From positions 31,565,112 to 31,629,111 of the forward strand of contig OZ316891.1 of NCBI GenBank assembly GCA_973895155.1: a DNA stretch of 64,000 nucleotides. Reading direction: 5' to 3'. Below the pieces are notes generated by a model. It was not told the DNA's origin, ran no database searches, and saw only the letters and a program-made list of their open reading frames with translations. The stretch is from Marsupella aquatica. Lineage: Eukaryota; Plantae; Marchantiophyta. The position numbers and the translations under genes were made by a program. Each line of letters begins with the position of its first letter. Position 1 is the first letter of the stretch. Shown piece after piece: positions 44,288 to 57,545 of the stretch.

Positions 44288-47200
44288 TTATGGATCCTCT
44301 ATGAACTTGCTTGGCCATAATACCAAAGAACCTGCAGCATCTCCAAGTGTCTTTTGAGGAGGATCATCATTTGTGTTTGGAATGGGAAGGACAACTTTAG
44401 GTTTCACTAGTAATGTGACTAACACTACTGAATAACTTGGGGGAATCCTCTTGCCATGGAACGTTGTGGAACCAACCTGCACTCTGCCAAATCCTACTCG
44501 TGTTCCACTCTCATCAATAGCTAACAAGCCACTTTGTCCCTCAGCATTAGGTGCTTTCCCCACTTCCACTTTAGATCTTTCTGCCAGCACTGTTCTTGGA
44601 GGTTTGTATGAAACCTTTGACGTGGCTTTGCTCCCACCAGCAGACTTGCTTCGTGTGCGCATGCTTCCTCTCTTCACAGTAGTGAAGCTAGGCTCAGTAG
44701 GTTCCTCTATTAGGACTGTCACAGTAGCAGGTTCATCACCTGGGAGTGTCATACCAACTAACTCTTTGGTTGGATTTATCTCAACAAGAGGCACACCTAT
44801 CATTGAGAATGATACATTCTGCAAATCATTTATCTCTGCAATGGAGTCAAGATCTACATAGCATGAATCTGGCTCAATGGTATCCTTGTCATGCTTGCTG
44901 ATATCCTCATTTGCCCCAACATTGATATCATCCACTCCCTTGCCAATGTCATCCTTATCCAAACATGGTTGACTGCCCTCTGTCAAACAAGTTGCTTGTA
45001 CAAACTGCAACTTTGTTGCCTCTAAATTACAGCGAGTATTTGCCAGGTTCTCATATTTCTTCTCTGTAGCACCTGTCTTATTCTCTATGGACACAACAAC
45101 CACAATATATGTTACTAAAAATAACACATTCAACAAACAATGTCAATTCAAACTATACATTTAATAATCATATCCCACACAGTTGTAAAGGCCTTACCTT
45201 CAAGCCTACATGTCGTTGGCATGCCAGAAGAGTGCATCGACTTTGCCACCTCAAGTGGTGATGGTGGAACTCCTGCAGAATTGGAATCAATTTTATCTCT
45301 CACCGACACAACAGCTTCCATTAATGTCTTGAAGTTCACATGGAACAAGTCAGTCAATGAATTCAAACGTTCATTGATCTCTGGAAGACATGTTTCGACA
45401 GCCTTCAAACGACCACTTATCTCTGTAAGTAAAGATCCACCTCCCTACATGACACATGGGTATAGGTTCAATCACTCCATATGAAATGTTGGGCAATATA
45501 TGCACAATCAATGTTATATACAGTGTACACCTGAAATTCAACGCAGGTCATTCAATTACCAATCAGAACTCATATAACTTACATGCTTGGAGGATTCAGA
45601 TACACCCTCTTGAGCTCGGGTGTTCACAATTTTGGCCCTCAACTCTTCTTTTGAAGGGCTTTGCCCCAATTGGGGTTTCTGCACATGCATGGCAAACACA
45701 AGTTATCGATCAATATTCAGGGAATGTACACTAAAAAACAAAGTTTACATGTATGGGTTTACACTAAAAAACAGTACATAGTGTAGCATAAATTACATAG
45801 CTAGGCCATTCATTCTTACCAAACGTTTAGCTGTCGGTGCAGTGCCGGTCCTTCCTGTCAGATTAGGGTTCTGAACACTCAACCTGGCCTCGGTCATCTG
45901 TGAACTCTTCTTTTTTGAAGCATCTGTTACAAAATAAGCTACTAACCTTGCCCACACTTTATCATCACAACTGGCTGGTGGAGGCATATCTGGCTTCTCC
46001 CCACCTTCCTTCCAAGCCTTATGCATTCTCCACCTCTCTTGCTTGATGATTTTACCTGCTGTACTCTCTAGGCAACCTATGTCCACGCCATCATCACTGC
46101 CCACATAATTCCATTTGCCAGCAACATTTTCACATACAGTCTTCCAATCTTTTGGATGCTGTTTTTTAAAATTAATAACACTCACATCTAACCAACGCAA
46201 TACTTCAGCTTTCAAATTAGCATGCCATCGGTTCTTGCGAGGACACTCAGCATCCACCCATTGTCTCTCATTCAACTTTACGTTCCCTTTCTTTGTCACC
46301 TCCCCTCGTGCACTGCTCTCGGTAGTACTGGGCGTTGTATTGGCCACCCCTTCATTCACCCTACCTGGGGTTCTGAAGCCACCTGGGAAAATACAATGCC
46401 ATTCATGCTTGAGAACTACATACAGCAGAATGGATGACGGCAACATTCAATGCTTCACTTCAAGAAGAATTCTTCAAACATACATACCTGTAGCTCTGCC
46501 TGTAGATGCCTGTGCAGGGACTGCACTCTGAAATTGTTGCGACCCTGGACCACCTGTCCAGCCTAGTACAGGGGCCGAATGATGTCACTTTCTAGGTATG
46601 TGTGTGCAAACATATGTACTGAAAACTAAGTACAAACTGTAGGAAAACAACTGAACATTCACCGACATACCTGTCCCCCTTCCGTGCTGCATCTGCATAG
46701 GGGCATTAGTGAATACTTGAGTCGATGGTTCGACTGTCCAACCTACACACATACATTTTCTATCATTATACATGTGCAGAATCCCCCCCCACGTGAATGG
46801 ACTCCAGATATAATGGGTTCTTCCATTGCTGACAAGATCAGACATTACCTGCCCCTCTTCCAACGTTTGTAGGTACTGTATTTTGATATCCTTGCCAATT
46901 ACCTTCACCACCTTCCCAACCTTGTTCATTCCACGACCCACCACCATCCTCCCAACCTGGTTCAACCCATGTTTGTCCTTGTGGACATTGGAACTGATCA
47001 TTACTAGCATTTGCCCAATCAGGTTGGGCAGAATCTGCATGCAATGGTAGGTGGACAAAATTTCATGTTGTCTGAATCCAATACATCCCAAACAATGTCA
47101 AAAATTGATATGCAGTCTGAAATTCAGGAGTGTCATGCCTTCACAAAGAACTGGCATATAGATATATACTCACATCCCCATGGTTGAGGTGGACGTCCAA

Positions 47201-47790
47201 ACCCACGAGACTGTGGGTTTGGACCTGCTCTGCCTCTACCATGGGCATAACCTAGAGCTTGCCCCCTGCCATAGTATTGGGCACCAGCCTGGGATCTACC
47301 ACTACTACCACCTTGCCAACCTTGATCAAAGGTCAGCCCCCCCTGCTGGTATGGTGCATGCACAGGCTTTGAAGGCAAAACAAAACTGGCAGGACGCTGC
47401 ATCACATCACCAACTACAATGTCAGGAACTAAGCAAGGTACATATGTGTAGTACTGAACATATGAAACCTCCAAATAAGAGTTTTTAACTCAAAACCTTG
47501 TTGGGAAAACTACTTACCTGTTTCTTTTGGGGCTGCTCTGCAATGTATTCATCTTCATAACCCCCATCCTCATCCATTTCCTCTGGAAAATACTCATCAT
47601 CTGCATCTTCTTGTCTAGTGTCTGCACCCACCTGTGCAGCATCCATGTCATCTCCACATTCTGCCATTGTAGGTACCACCTTCTTGCTCAACCTTTCACT
47701 CCGACGCACACGCCCAGAGATAGTGTTGGACACCCTTCTTGCATACTCCTTTCGTTTCTTTGAAAATTCTGTGGTTCTGCAACATTCCAA
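44288..47790 (-). CDS. Inner CACTA TnpA-like multi-exon gene
   Basis: Exon 45793-46446 (Ptta-like) and 44288-45136 (FHGKRIP..TLGDAAGSLVLWP, Tnp1/En/Spm-like); exon structure approximate; no TnpD seen inside this element. Confidence 0.72.
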
Positions 47791-48367
47791 TATGAAAATA
47801 CAATCACAATTTCAGTGCCACATTGAACTATTCATGTCACACAAACTCACTGCAGGATCATATTAGGATCCCCAGGAATCCCGCCATCTTGCATTGCATC
47901 ATTCATTTGATCATCAAGCGACTGCGGTGATTCTTGTAGCAAGTGGCGAACCTCCTCTCTTTTTCTGCATCAACAATGTTTTAGTCAGGCACCAAAACGC
48001 ATTGACTCTGATTCAAGACTGTACACGTATCTACTGTGATTGCAAAGACACCCTTTGGCCAAATGCTGATGGTCAAGAGAAAACCATCTGCACTAAGAGC
48101 TGAATAGTCAAGCATATGGAAGCCCCCAAATTCCGAAACGACAAGACCCATGGGGGTGAAGAATTTACAAAGCCGGCATGGAAGTAAAAGATTTCAGACA
48201 GACAAGATATCTGAAGGAGAACTCTTTGGGAGAAACAATTACATCCATCGTAAAATACACCAAGATTGAAGAAAGACAAGCTGAATAGGCAGATTACAGG
48301 AATGTAAAAATTCACATCAAAAAAGGAATAATATGCGGCTGGCTATAACAACCAAAATAAGATCTCC

Positions 48368-48601
48368 TGACCTCCAGAAGTCAAGGGATTAGCATTTTGG
48401 GCCACATTTTCCTTTAGAAATATCTACAGCTTGGTTATACACTACATTAGTGTGCGTACAGCTTTGTAGACAGGTGACCTCCAGAAGTCAAGGGATTAGC
48501 ATTTGGGCCACAGTTTCCTTTAGAAATATCTACAGCTTGGTTATACACTACATTAGTGTGCGTACAGCTTGGTTATACACTACATTAGTGTGCATACAGC
48601 T
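48368..48601. repeat. ~107-bp duplication containing three 32-bp units
   Basis: TGACCTCCAGAAG at 48368 and 48475; TACAGCTTGGTTATACACTACATTAGTGTGC at 48425, 48531, 48563. Confidence 0.85.
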
Positions 48602-50216
48602 AGACCGGTTTGTCAATCCTATGAATGCTTTGAAGCTTCATGCCTTCCACTACTTCTAGGAGACTCTTGCAACTTCCACCATCCTGTTGAGCATCGTGTT
48701 CGGCAAGGACCGCATTTGTTGTCTGAAATTTTTGCAGAATTGCACAACTAGACCAACCTGTGATGGCAAAAGGGCTGTGTGCGCGAAGAGTGTCTAAGCA
48801 GGGCACGTTCTTTTCTTCGTCAACCACAGCACCAGGTGGTCCACCATCATTGTACAACATTCTGGCGGCCCTTGGATCATACAGTTCTGGGTATAGTTAT
48901 GGTCGCATGCAAAGATCCTGGACCCCTGGCGTTGAAAGAGAGAGTGAGAGAGATCCGATTGCGCCCTTACGGCATTCTTTCATTTCGTTCCTTCGGTGCC
49001 TAATCGATTATCCCACTGCCGCCCACCCATCAACGTGACACCAATAATTTTCTCACATCATTGCTGCACTGATTCACAACACTATGCTATAACTACAGAG
49101 GGGGAGACGACAGACGGAAGCAATCAAGAGCACCTGGGGGACCGTGGTGTCTCTCTCACCATAGTAACCGAGCTTCCAATCCTGCAGCGTGTTTGGACAA
49201 ATATACTAAACAGAGGTAGTCATGTTTTCATTAATTTGGATGAAAAGGCTCTAGAGCAGCAACCAAATAAGATTAACGGAGCGTCTTCATTGTAAAGATT
49301 CTTTCCGTCCTCCAACATAGCACTCATCTATACGTTAAAGAAGAAAGAACAACGAGAATTTCAGTGAGGTGAAATAGGAGGACAAGGATCCATAGGCAAG
49401 TTTGCAAAAGGCCTTTGCCACCGTCACACCATCCTTCTTAACTTCACGATAACCAAAACTTTGCTCTGTAACCACATTTTGACCTTGGAAAAGAGTTACA
49501 GATTCACAAAGCAATGAGTGACTGGTACAAGGATGTCACGCACCTACGACACACCTAGACATAATTTTATGAGGGACGGACAATAATTACGTTAAGCAGA
49601 TGTCTTCTACACCTTTGGGCCCATGGTAACCTTCTCAGCATTCGGTAATTCATCAACACCTTGGAGTGTAAGAGCCCTCGAATTGCCTCGACTCCAAACC
49701 TGGTATCCTTTGATCCATAAATTTGCACCAGTTTCGACCTGCTGCATTCTCAACTCCGAATCAGACCAACACAAGAGCATCTGTCTGGTAACTGCGTTAA
49801 GGACAAACACTCGGGTCAACTGCTACGATCTAAAAACATAGTACAGATGGACGGAGAGTTACAATTCACCTCCAACGTTGTAATTCGAGAGTACGAGGTT
49901 GTGAACACTACTTCTTCACATGCTTCCTAGTTAGTACAGTACGACTATTTCTGCTAGCGACTCTACAATCTGCCGGATGGATAAAATCTACCGGCAGTGG
50001 ATGGAATCTTTGGAATTGGGAACTGAATAGTCGAATCTATCCAGGACCAATTCAATAGTGAACTATTCGGACAGGAGGGTCCGTAGTGCACATAGATACT
50101 GGAGTAACCTCACTTCTCATCGCACTGTTGAACGAATCGAGAAGCATAAAATTGCCAACTTCAAGAGAAAAAACACACGACCTACTTCATGGTTGACTGA
50201 AAGAAAAGCCACCCAC

Positions 50217-50329
50217 CTGCCTGGCCGCAATTTGAGTGTAGCGGAGAAATTTGTGAATGTTCCTGTACTCTCTGGAGACAAGGATTCACCTCGCATCCAA
50301 TTATCAAACGACCCCATCACTGTGACGTC
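50217..50329 (-). pseudogene. Captured host exon encoding part of a PTST1-like CBM48 starch-binding domain
   Basis: DVTVMGSFDNWMRGESLSPESTGTFTNFSATLKLRPGR bounded by TTGCCAG| and |GTGGGT; neighbouring exons not found. Confidence 0.75.
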
Positions 50330-52764
50330 CTGGCAAACAAAAGCATTAGTATAGAGAGAAGGAAAAGAACGACAACAAAAACCAAGATCAGATCTAATTT
50401 CAACAGGGAACCTGTCAAATACTACTCAATACAATAAGGGCCAACTCGCATGTGTGCGTCCTCAAAAATGCGGCCCTTGGCCTACGCAAAAAACAACCCT
50501 TGATCATCAGAAGCAAGCAAGGCATGCGATGGATCAAGAAGTCAATGCAGCTGCCCCCGGTGAATTTCTGTGATTCCCTCCGCCCTCGTGCACTTCATTG
50601 TGGTTGCACCCCATAGTTAAATTATTGTTGAGAAAACTGTTGCATGCCAATCTGAAGAACACGAAAACAATTTTGCCTTTGCAGCTCTTTACGAGTAGTC
50701 ATTCTGAGCTGGGACAGGGCAGAAAGGACACGCAAACACATTGTCGTCATTCGTTAATGCCAGGATCTCATATTCGAGGTAAGGTAAATACAGAGTGTTC
50801 ATGCATGAACCTGCATCTTGGCAGCTCAGTCTTGACATTGTACTTGACAATCGGACGTCTTAGAGAATTGAGATATCTCTTAGGACAATTGAAACTCAGG
50901 CACTCTCTTCAGTACTATCGAATCCAAGATGCGAAAATGGATACTGAGACGACAGCTCAAAGCAACTTTGAAGCAACATCAAAAACCTTGGGATAAGGCT
51001 ACCACCGGAGGACCCCAGGTTCTGGATAGTCACTTCCAGAAAGCAAGTGGGTTCCAAGATCATGGAACGCCGTTGTGTGGAAGCCTACACACATGTGTTC
51101 GCTATCACCCAAGGCAAAGCCAAAGGATCTTGCTTGAAACTCTTTCTCAAGATGTTCAAAATCATTGTTCTCTGCCACGGGTGACTCTTCAGAGCCCTGA
51201 AATTATTCGATAGTCACGCCTACTACGATTACCGCCTCATCAATGAGCTAGAAGCAAATCTTTTGCAAGATGAAGCAGGTCGAGGAAGGATCAGCAACTT
51301 AGTTGGAGAATCGAAAACTCCAGCTATAAAACACATATTCCCGGGTGATCGCTACACCAGCGAACGTTCACAAACACGTCCTAAAGTATCACAATATTGT
51401 CACCAATCCTCACTTCCTTATAGAATACAACGATTTCTCCGTGGATTATTTGGTGCATAGTGACACGAGGGGAAGAAATGATGAAGAAGAAAAATATGTT
51501 TTCAAAGGCCTAACTCTGTAAATCCAAGCTCCCAGTTCGCAAATCCATCTTATTCCACTACGTACCATGACCAAAATCTCATACCCTAAAAAGATGCCCT
51601 GCAGCTCCCATACACTACTTTGTCCCAAAATACAGATCCCGGCTCTTACACAAACCTCAAGAAAAGATAAACCCAGGACCTGATCACCTCTTCCGCTTAC
51701 TACGACCGTGTCCCAGCAGGGATTCCAAAGACGAAGACAAAAGAAAATGCACTACGAGATGGGGTGAATAATCGACTGACAGCCAAGAATAGAAGAGCAA
51801 ACAAAGAAAACCCACCTTGCAACACTCACAAAATGCTGTCGCAGGCTCTACATTGTCGCAGCCCGCTGACTGCCCGTATCATGAATTGCGCATGAAGCAC
51901 TACTGTAAAACTGCAAAACCAGCAACTTAACTCGGACGACGGGCTGAATGACAGTTACTTTCCAAAGCTCTCGTTGTCTTTGCACGCCCTCACACCACTC
52001 AACTGTTGAAGGGCCACGCAGCAAAAACCTACTTTTCCATAGCGATTGAAGCCCATAGTCTAATGCTTTAATCTACGTCCTAAGTGAAAGTTTGCAAATC
52101 GAGCAAGGCGACCCTGTTTGAATATTGGCGACCATCAGGCTCCACCCCTCCTTTCTCGCTACCATTCCCCCATGTGATGGTTAAGCTTCTCAGGACACAA
52201 TCAATCGCACAAATGTAGCTTAAAGCAGGACCTCACTAAGCACACTATCGGTTAGGACCTTACAGACATAGAGGTGACATAGAGATAGATAGGTCAACGC
52301 AACCTTACTTGGGCCGATGCAGCATGTCTCTTGACAATGTGAAGCAGTGTAGCATTCCTCCGCCTAGCTCGCAGTGATCCTCCGCCTTGCTTGTAGTAAC
52401 CAGCCTCCGCCTACCTAGCTTGCACTGTCACGGCTGCAACTTTTTGTGCAATGACTTGGCCCTCCTGCCAACTGTGAGCTCCCAAAAGTATGTCGAGCAG
52501 ATGTACACTCAAGCTCGACCTCGCAGAGCTCAACTCCAAGTCGGCAGCTCTCACTTGAAACTCAATAGCAGCTTAGCTCACCAGCAGGTTGAAAAGCGAC
52601 AATGGACTCCCCTCAAAACTGATTGGCAGACCTCCACACTGACGCTCGTAGCAGGCCAATCCTAAACACATTTGCACCCTAAAGTCCAATCGCGCTCAAA
52701 CACTTTCATTGCCCCCTACAGGAAGTTCGCAAAGAGTGCAGCTGGAATGAAGGTCGTCGACTCC

Positions 52765-52871
52765 CAATTTCCCTCGCAAAACCAACCTCCGCGGCACACT
52801 GACCCTGAACACTTAGGGCACGGGCCCCAATTTCTCTCGCAAAACCAACCTCCAAGGTACACTGACCCTGA
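52765..52871. repeat. Two ~62-bp direct repeats
   Basis: CCAATTTC(C/T)CTCGCAAAACCAACCTCC...ACACTGACCCTGA twice. Confidence 0.75.
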
Positions 52872-53443
52872 GGGAAAGTAGTACCCCTCACATGTGGGCA
52901 GCCATCGAGTGACTTAGCAAACAGGTTGGTTTGGACATAAAAGAACAAATGCAAATGACTTAGCAAAAAGTTCAATGTGGGGAGAGTGCATTTTGGTCAA
53001 GAACAAGGCCAAATATAGTCAGGTATGACCCCACATTATAAGTGAAAGTACCCACCATTTTGATGAAAACCCCCATATTTATACCCATTTAGATTTGGAC
53101 TTATTGAACCATGAGTGTGCAATATGTAGTTGCACCGGGAGTTGCACATTAGGGATTGGCATCCGAAATTGGCTAATGGGGTATGCATGCTGACGGAATT
53201 TTAAAAAATGATGTCCAATGCACTATTGTGGAGTAACTAACATAACTTACCTATTTCTTACTTACCAGTGTTACAATAGCGACATTGGATAAAGTTGTAA
53301 GCATGACTTCCCACAGCCTCACCAAAACTTAGTTGGTATGATGTAACTAACATGACACCCACAAACTTGGAGTCGCATATTTATGAAGGTCTTGCACAAG
53401 TCACATAGGGGAGGGTCTCAGAATGGGTGGTTTTCTTCTAGTG

Positions 53444-55105
53444 AATGTCTTCCATTCTTCCTGTGTGCACACATAGGGAGCTTGGAACTTGAGAAGTACA
53501 TTGGGATTGCTTGCATGGGGCTTCAACCAAAGGTGAGGGCAAATCCCCTTCTGTTGCATATCAGCTCGAACTGCTCCTGTATCTTTCTCACCCGACAAGA
53601 ACTTCAGCAAGCTCTCACAAATATTTTTCTCAATGTGCATGACGTCCACATTGTGTTTGCTGGGCTCGAATTCCTGCACTCCACAAAGCAAAGAATTCAA
53701 CAACAGAAACACTAATTAACCACATAGGAGGATTGTAACCAACATCAATCCACCATTGCTCCAATCTAAAATTGCAATCATACAGGGGCTGGAGGCTAAG
53801 TACATTACCCTCCAGTACTCCAACTCCAAGTCCATCAAGGTCTGTCTTTTCACACCGTGTTTCACCACTGGATCCTCAGGTTCTCGATCAGTGGCACTTC
53901 TCTTGTCCCAATCAGCCTTCCTGGCTGCCCACCTCAGGACTTGCTCTCTGGTGACCCTCTGTGGTGGGCCACGAAGCTCTGTTTTGTTGTTGAAGTGTGC
54001 AATTTGAGACCGTGTGTGCCTGTAAGGATGATCAACAGGCAGATACCTTCTATGCCCCTGAAATTTCATATTGTGCAAGGCATGCGACCACTCACTTGTC
54101 ACATTTTTCCCACATGGTGTGCACCCCACATAGCCCTTTGTCACTCGTCCAGATATGATGCCATGGCCTGGGTAATCTGCTATATCCAGCAAACAAATTG
54201 CATGTAGTCTAAAGGGGCTGGGTCGAAGAAGCCCCTTTAGAACATCATGGGTTAACACCCCTTCTATCCACAAAGTTTTCCACTCTTCTACTGTTGGAGC
54301 CAACATGATATCTATGAATTGCTCGGTCATAGAAGCTGGTCCAGGGATTAACAGCACCATCATGACAAAAAACCTCTTTGTAGTCATCCATGGGGGAAGG
54401 TTGTAATTTAGCAGCGTAACCGGCCAACATGAATAACGGTTGTTTTTGTCTCCAAATGGGTTTACTCCATCCAGTGATAGACCAAATCGAAAGTTCCGCT
54501 TCTCTGCAGCAAACTGTGGCCACCTCTCATCAACAAATTTCCAATGGTTGGAATCTCCAATGTGACGCTGCAGGCCATCACTGCTCTTGTTATCAGGAGT
54601 CCATGTCATCAGCTTGGAAATGGCAGGGCATCTAAACAGACGTTGTAGTCTAGGAATGAGGAAAATGACAAAGAACCTTGGCAGGGTGTGTACATTTCCC
54701 TACATTCTTGTACCTGTGCTTACCACAATGAGGGCATGTCAATTTATCTGCATGCTCTTTGCGAAAGAGAACACACCCATCAGGGCATGCGTCAATAGAC
54801 ACATAGTTCAGCCCAAGGTTAGACATCAATTTCCTAGCCTCGTACATATTTTTTGGAATTGAATTACCATCTAGTAACACATTTCGGCGCAGGAAGGTCA
54901 ACAACTCTATCACAAATATATTGGGAACATTGTGATTGCCACAGATGTTCAACAACAACACGACAAAACCCAGCTTGGAGCAGTTCGACCCCTCATAGAT
55001 AGGAACGCAAGCTTCTTTGATGTGTTTTGGGCCCCCAAACACCCACTCCCTCTCTGTTGCACCTTCCCCAATGTCAAAGTCAAGTTTAGCTTGGCCGTCT
55101 CCAAT
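53444..55105 (-). pseudogene. Outer CACTA TnpD transposase, central part (Transposase_21-like)
   Basis: IDACPDGCVLF..CPHC, GLSLDGVNPF..YSCWPVTLLNYNLPPW..LIPGP, ADYPG, HNVDVMHIEKNI; frameshift near 54655; intron ~53680-53807. Confidence 0.93.
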
Positions 55106-55138
55106 AGGGCGTCTCAGACCTAGGGGCCGTGACCCAAG

Positions 55139-56065
55139 TTATGGGAAAGCAGTATAGAGGTACAAGATCTTGCGCCTTTCATCACAAACTACTTGAGCAT
55201 TGATCGAGTATCGGCACTTTCTATCAAAGTAGCACTCTCTTGAATCCTTTGGGCGTTGGGAGAGTGGGATAAGTGTGCCATCGATGAGGCCAACACACCC
55301 AGGAAACCCTTTCTCTGCAAATTCATCTGAAATCCGAGCTCGTTCCTGTTTGTCTGGCCACTGCAAATGCACAACCAAAGCGTCCTCCAAAGCCTTGAAA
55401 CATCGTACAGTGAAATTGCACAATGACCCATTACTGACACCCCAAGTGGGAATCATACGATTCAAGCAGGCCCCATTTCCATCATGGCCAAGCCTGTCCA
55501 AGATGACTGCCAACTGCAAGCAAACTGGAGCCTGCTCATAAGGAGAATCATTTATAAAAACCGGATGGGATTCAATCATATTCACCAGCGTAAAGAAAGA
55601 GTCCTTGTCCATGCGCGTCATTTGCCTGAACAGCTTAGGTGGGAGGTTTTCAAAAAAATTGTCAGCAAAGTCCCTAGACTTAATAGTCATAGGCTTATCC
55701 ACAAAATACCGAGTATTATCCATGACAAAATACAATTCCATGATTTCAGTAGGCTTTGGCATAAAATCAAATGGGTCACCTCCAACCTCAATGTCACGGG
55801 AGGTTTCATATTCCTGGTCTGATTTACTGACAATATCTTGTGCATCACTAAACAGGTCCAATGTTGAGGAGTTTGAGTCATTGCTGAACTCGACGCTCTC
55901 ACTACTTGAGCTGTCCATGAGAATGGACATGTACAGTTGCTCCTTCACTTCCCTCAACACCCTTTGTCTGTCTGAAACACGTGGCATGGTGAACCCTAGA
56001 TTCGCAATAAACATGAAGCAGTGAGCAAAAAGATCAATGCAAGTGTACCCAATAATCCAGTCCAA
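55139..56065 (-). pseudogene. Harbinger-type DDE transposase, C-terminally truncated
   Basis: FRQMTRMDKDSF, QLAVILDRLG, GVSNGS, GFPGCVGLIDGTLIPL..YFDRKCRYSINAQVVCD; stops just inside the TIR, before the later catalytic D/E. Confidence 0.9.
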
Positions 56066-56188
56066 AGAGACACCAACATGTCATAATATTTTGCTTTTAG
56101 GCATACAATTGTTGCAAATGAAGACATCACTTGTACTCAATAAAGTAAATCTCTGCACCAAGGTAATGCTTCTAATTCACAAACATAA

Positions 56189-56890
56189 TTACTGGACGTC
56201 ATCTAAGTTCAATTCTTCCTGCAGCCTTCTAAGAAGTTTTGCGATGGCTTTTCCAGACACAGTCGGCCTATCTATTGGGCTGATATCGGGAATTGAGGGC
56301 CTCAAAGTATTATCAACAGTAGGACTGGATTGCTGAGCATGTTTAGCATATTCACTTGGTGTGCGACTCTGACCTAAGTGCAAAGAGAGGGGCTTAGGCA
56401 CTCGGGGTGAGCCCTCCACAAAGCTAATCCTCTTCACATGGATTTCATGATCAGAAATTTTGAAGATAACTTCAACCACAGGTGTGACTTGAGTCAATGA
56501 CAGAACGTAGGCAATCTACTCAGATTCTGAACAGTTTGCAAACTCACATGGAGAGCAATCCAAGATAGTCTCAGCTGCATCCCATATTTTAGCACGGATG
56601 GGCGGAACCCCTCCATAGACAGCATCAAAGAAAATAAGATGAAATCTGAATTTAGGTTTTCCAGACAACGAGGAATGCTGACAGTTGTGACCAAACTCTA
56701 ATGACTTCCCACATAGACGTCCTGTTGGCATTAGTGTTGGACATGACATGTACATGAATTTTCGAGGATAAGGATTTTCAGCAACAAAGTTTGCAATGTA
56801 GGCTAGTGTAGGCACTTGAGCAATCGTATGTCCATTCACTCTGTAATCTTCAACTTGAGCTAACGATGTGTACAGCACCATTGCACTCAA
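56189..56890 (-). pseudogene. RPA1 C-terminal OB-fold/zinc-ribbon-like gene inside the Harbinger element
   Basis: YMSCPTLMPTGRLCGKSL..C..KPKFRFHLIFFD..RAKIWDAAETILDCS; ORFs 56516-56890 and 56189-56497 share a frame across one TAG. Confidence 0.68.
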
Positions 56891-57545
56891 AAATAAATCC
56901 TCTGCCCTGCAAAACTATGAAAACAATAATCACATGAATTTGTTTGTCTGATTCTCATATCACAAACAGTGTAAACCGAAGGGCACCAGAATGATGGACG
57001 GTAACTCACTTAATTTTTCACCCTGCTTCAAGCTTCAAATGCAACCTCAAGCTCAATCCCCAGCTCAATCTCCTCAATCGTCTCTGCACTGACGCCCTCT
57101 GCAGTCCTATATGCGCATTCCAATCTCCCGGGTCAATACTGAGTGTGGGCGCAAAAGAGCTTCAGCAACTCTATTGTAGCGACGTCCACCTCTCCAACAA
57201 AGCGACGTCCACCTCTGTTGCAAACAGCTGCTGCGACGCCGACGTCCACCTCTCCAACAAAGCTTTACCGGCAGTGACTTTTGACAATGCTCGAAGAAAA
57301 CCAGCGCCGAATGAAAGCGAGATATGGTGGAGAGGGCCGGGTTCAAAATAGTAGTGTCGGGAGCGGTGTCCCGCAAAAACAGAGAAAGACTACTATTCCC
57401 TGTTGCGGGAACGGGCAACGGCCAATTTCCGCGGCCAAATGTTAACGACGATGTTTTAGGCGTACCATTTGAGTTACGGGAATGTCTTTAACTGTAGGGT
57501 TAACGACAATTGTTAAGTCTGCTTTTCCTAGGTCTGAGATGCCCT

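Larger units (their letters stand above)
43434..53443 (-). mobile_element. Nested non-autonomous CACTA element (10010 bp), TSD AAT
   Basis: CACTAGAAGAA...TTCTTCTAGTG 11-bp TIRs; AAT at 43431-43433 and 53444-53446; GTGAC/GTCAC subterminal repeats; excision restores TnpD QEEWKTFLYRLSCLKVPSGY. Confidence 0.95.
55106..57545 (-). mobile_element. PIF/Harbinger (PHIS)-type DNA transposon, 2440 bp, 19-bp TIRs, TSD AAT, internally deleted
   Basis: AGGGCGTCTCAGACCTAGG / CCTAGGTCTGAGATGCCCT (1 mismatch); AAT at 55103-55105 and 57546-57548; excision restores TnpD EPQPHIGDGQAKLDF. Confidence 0.93.
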
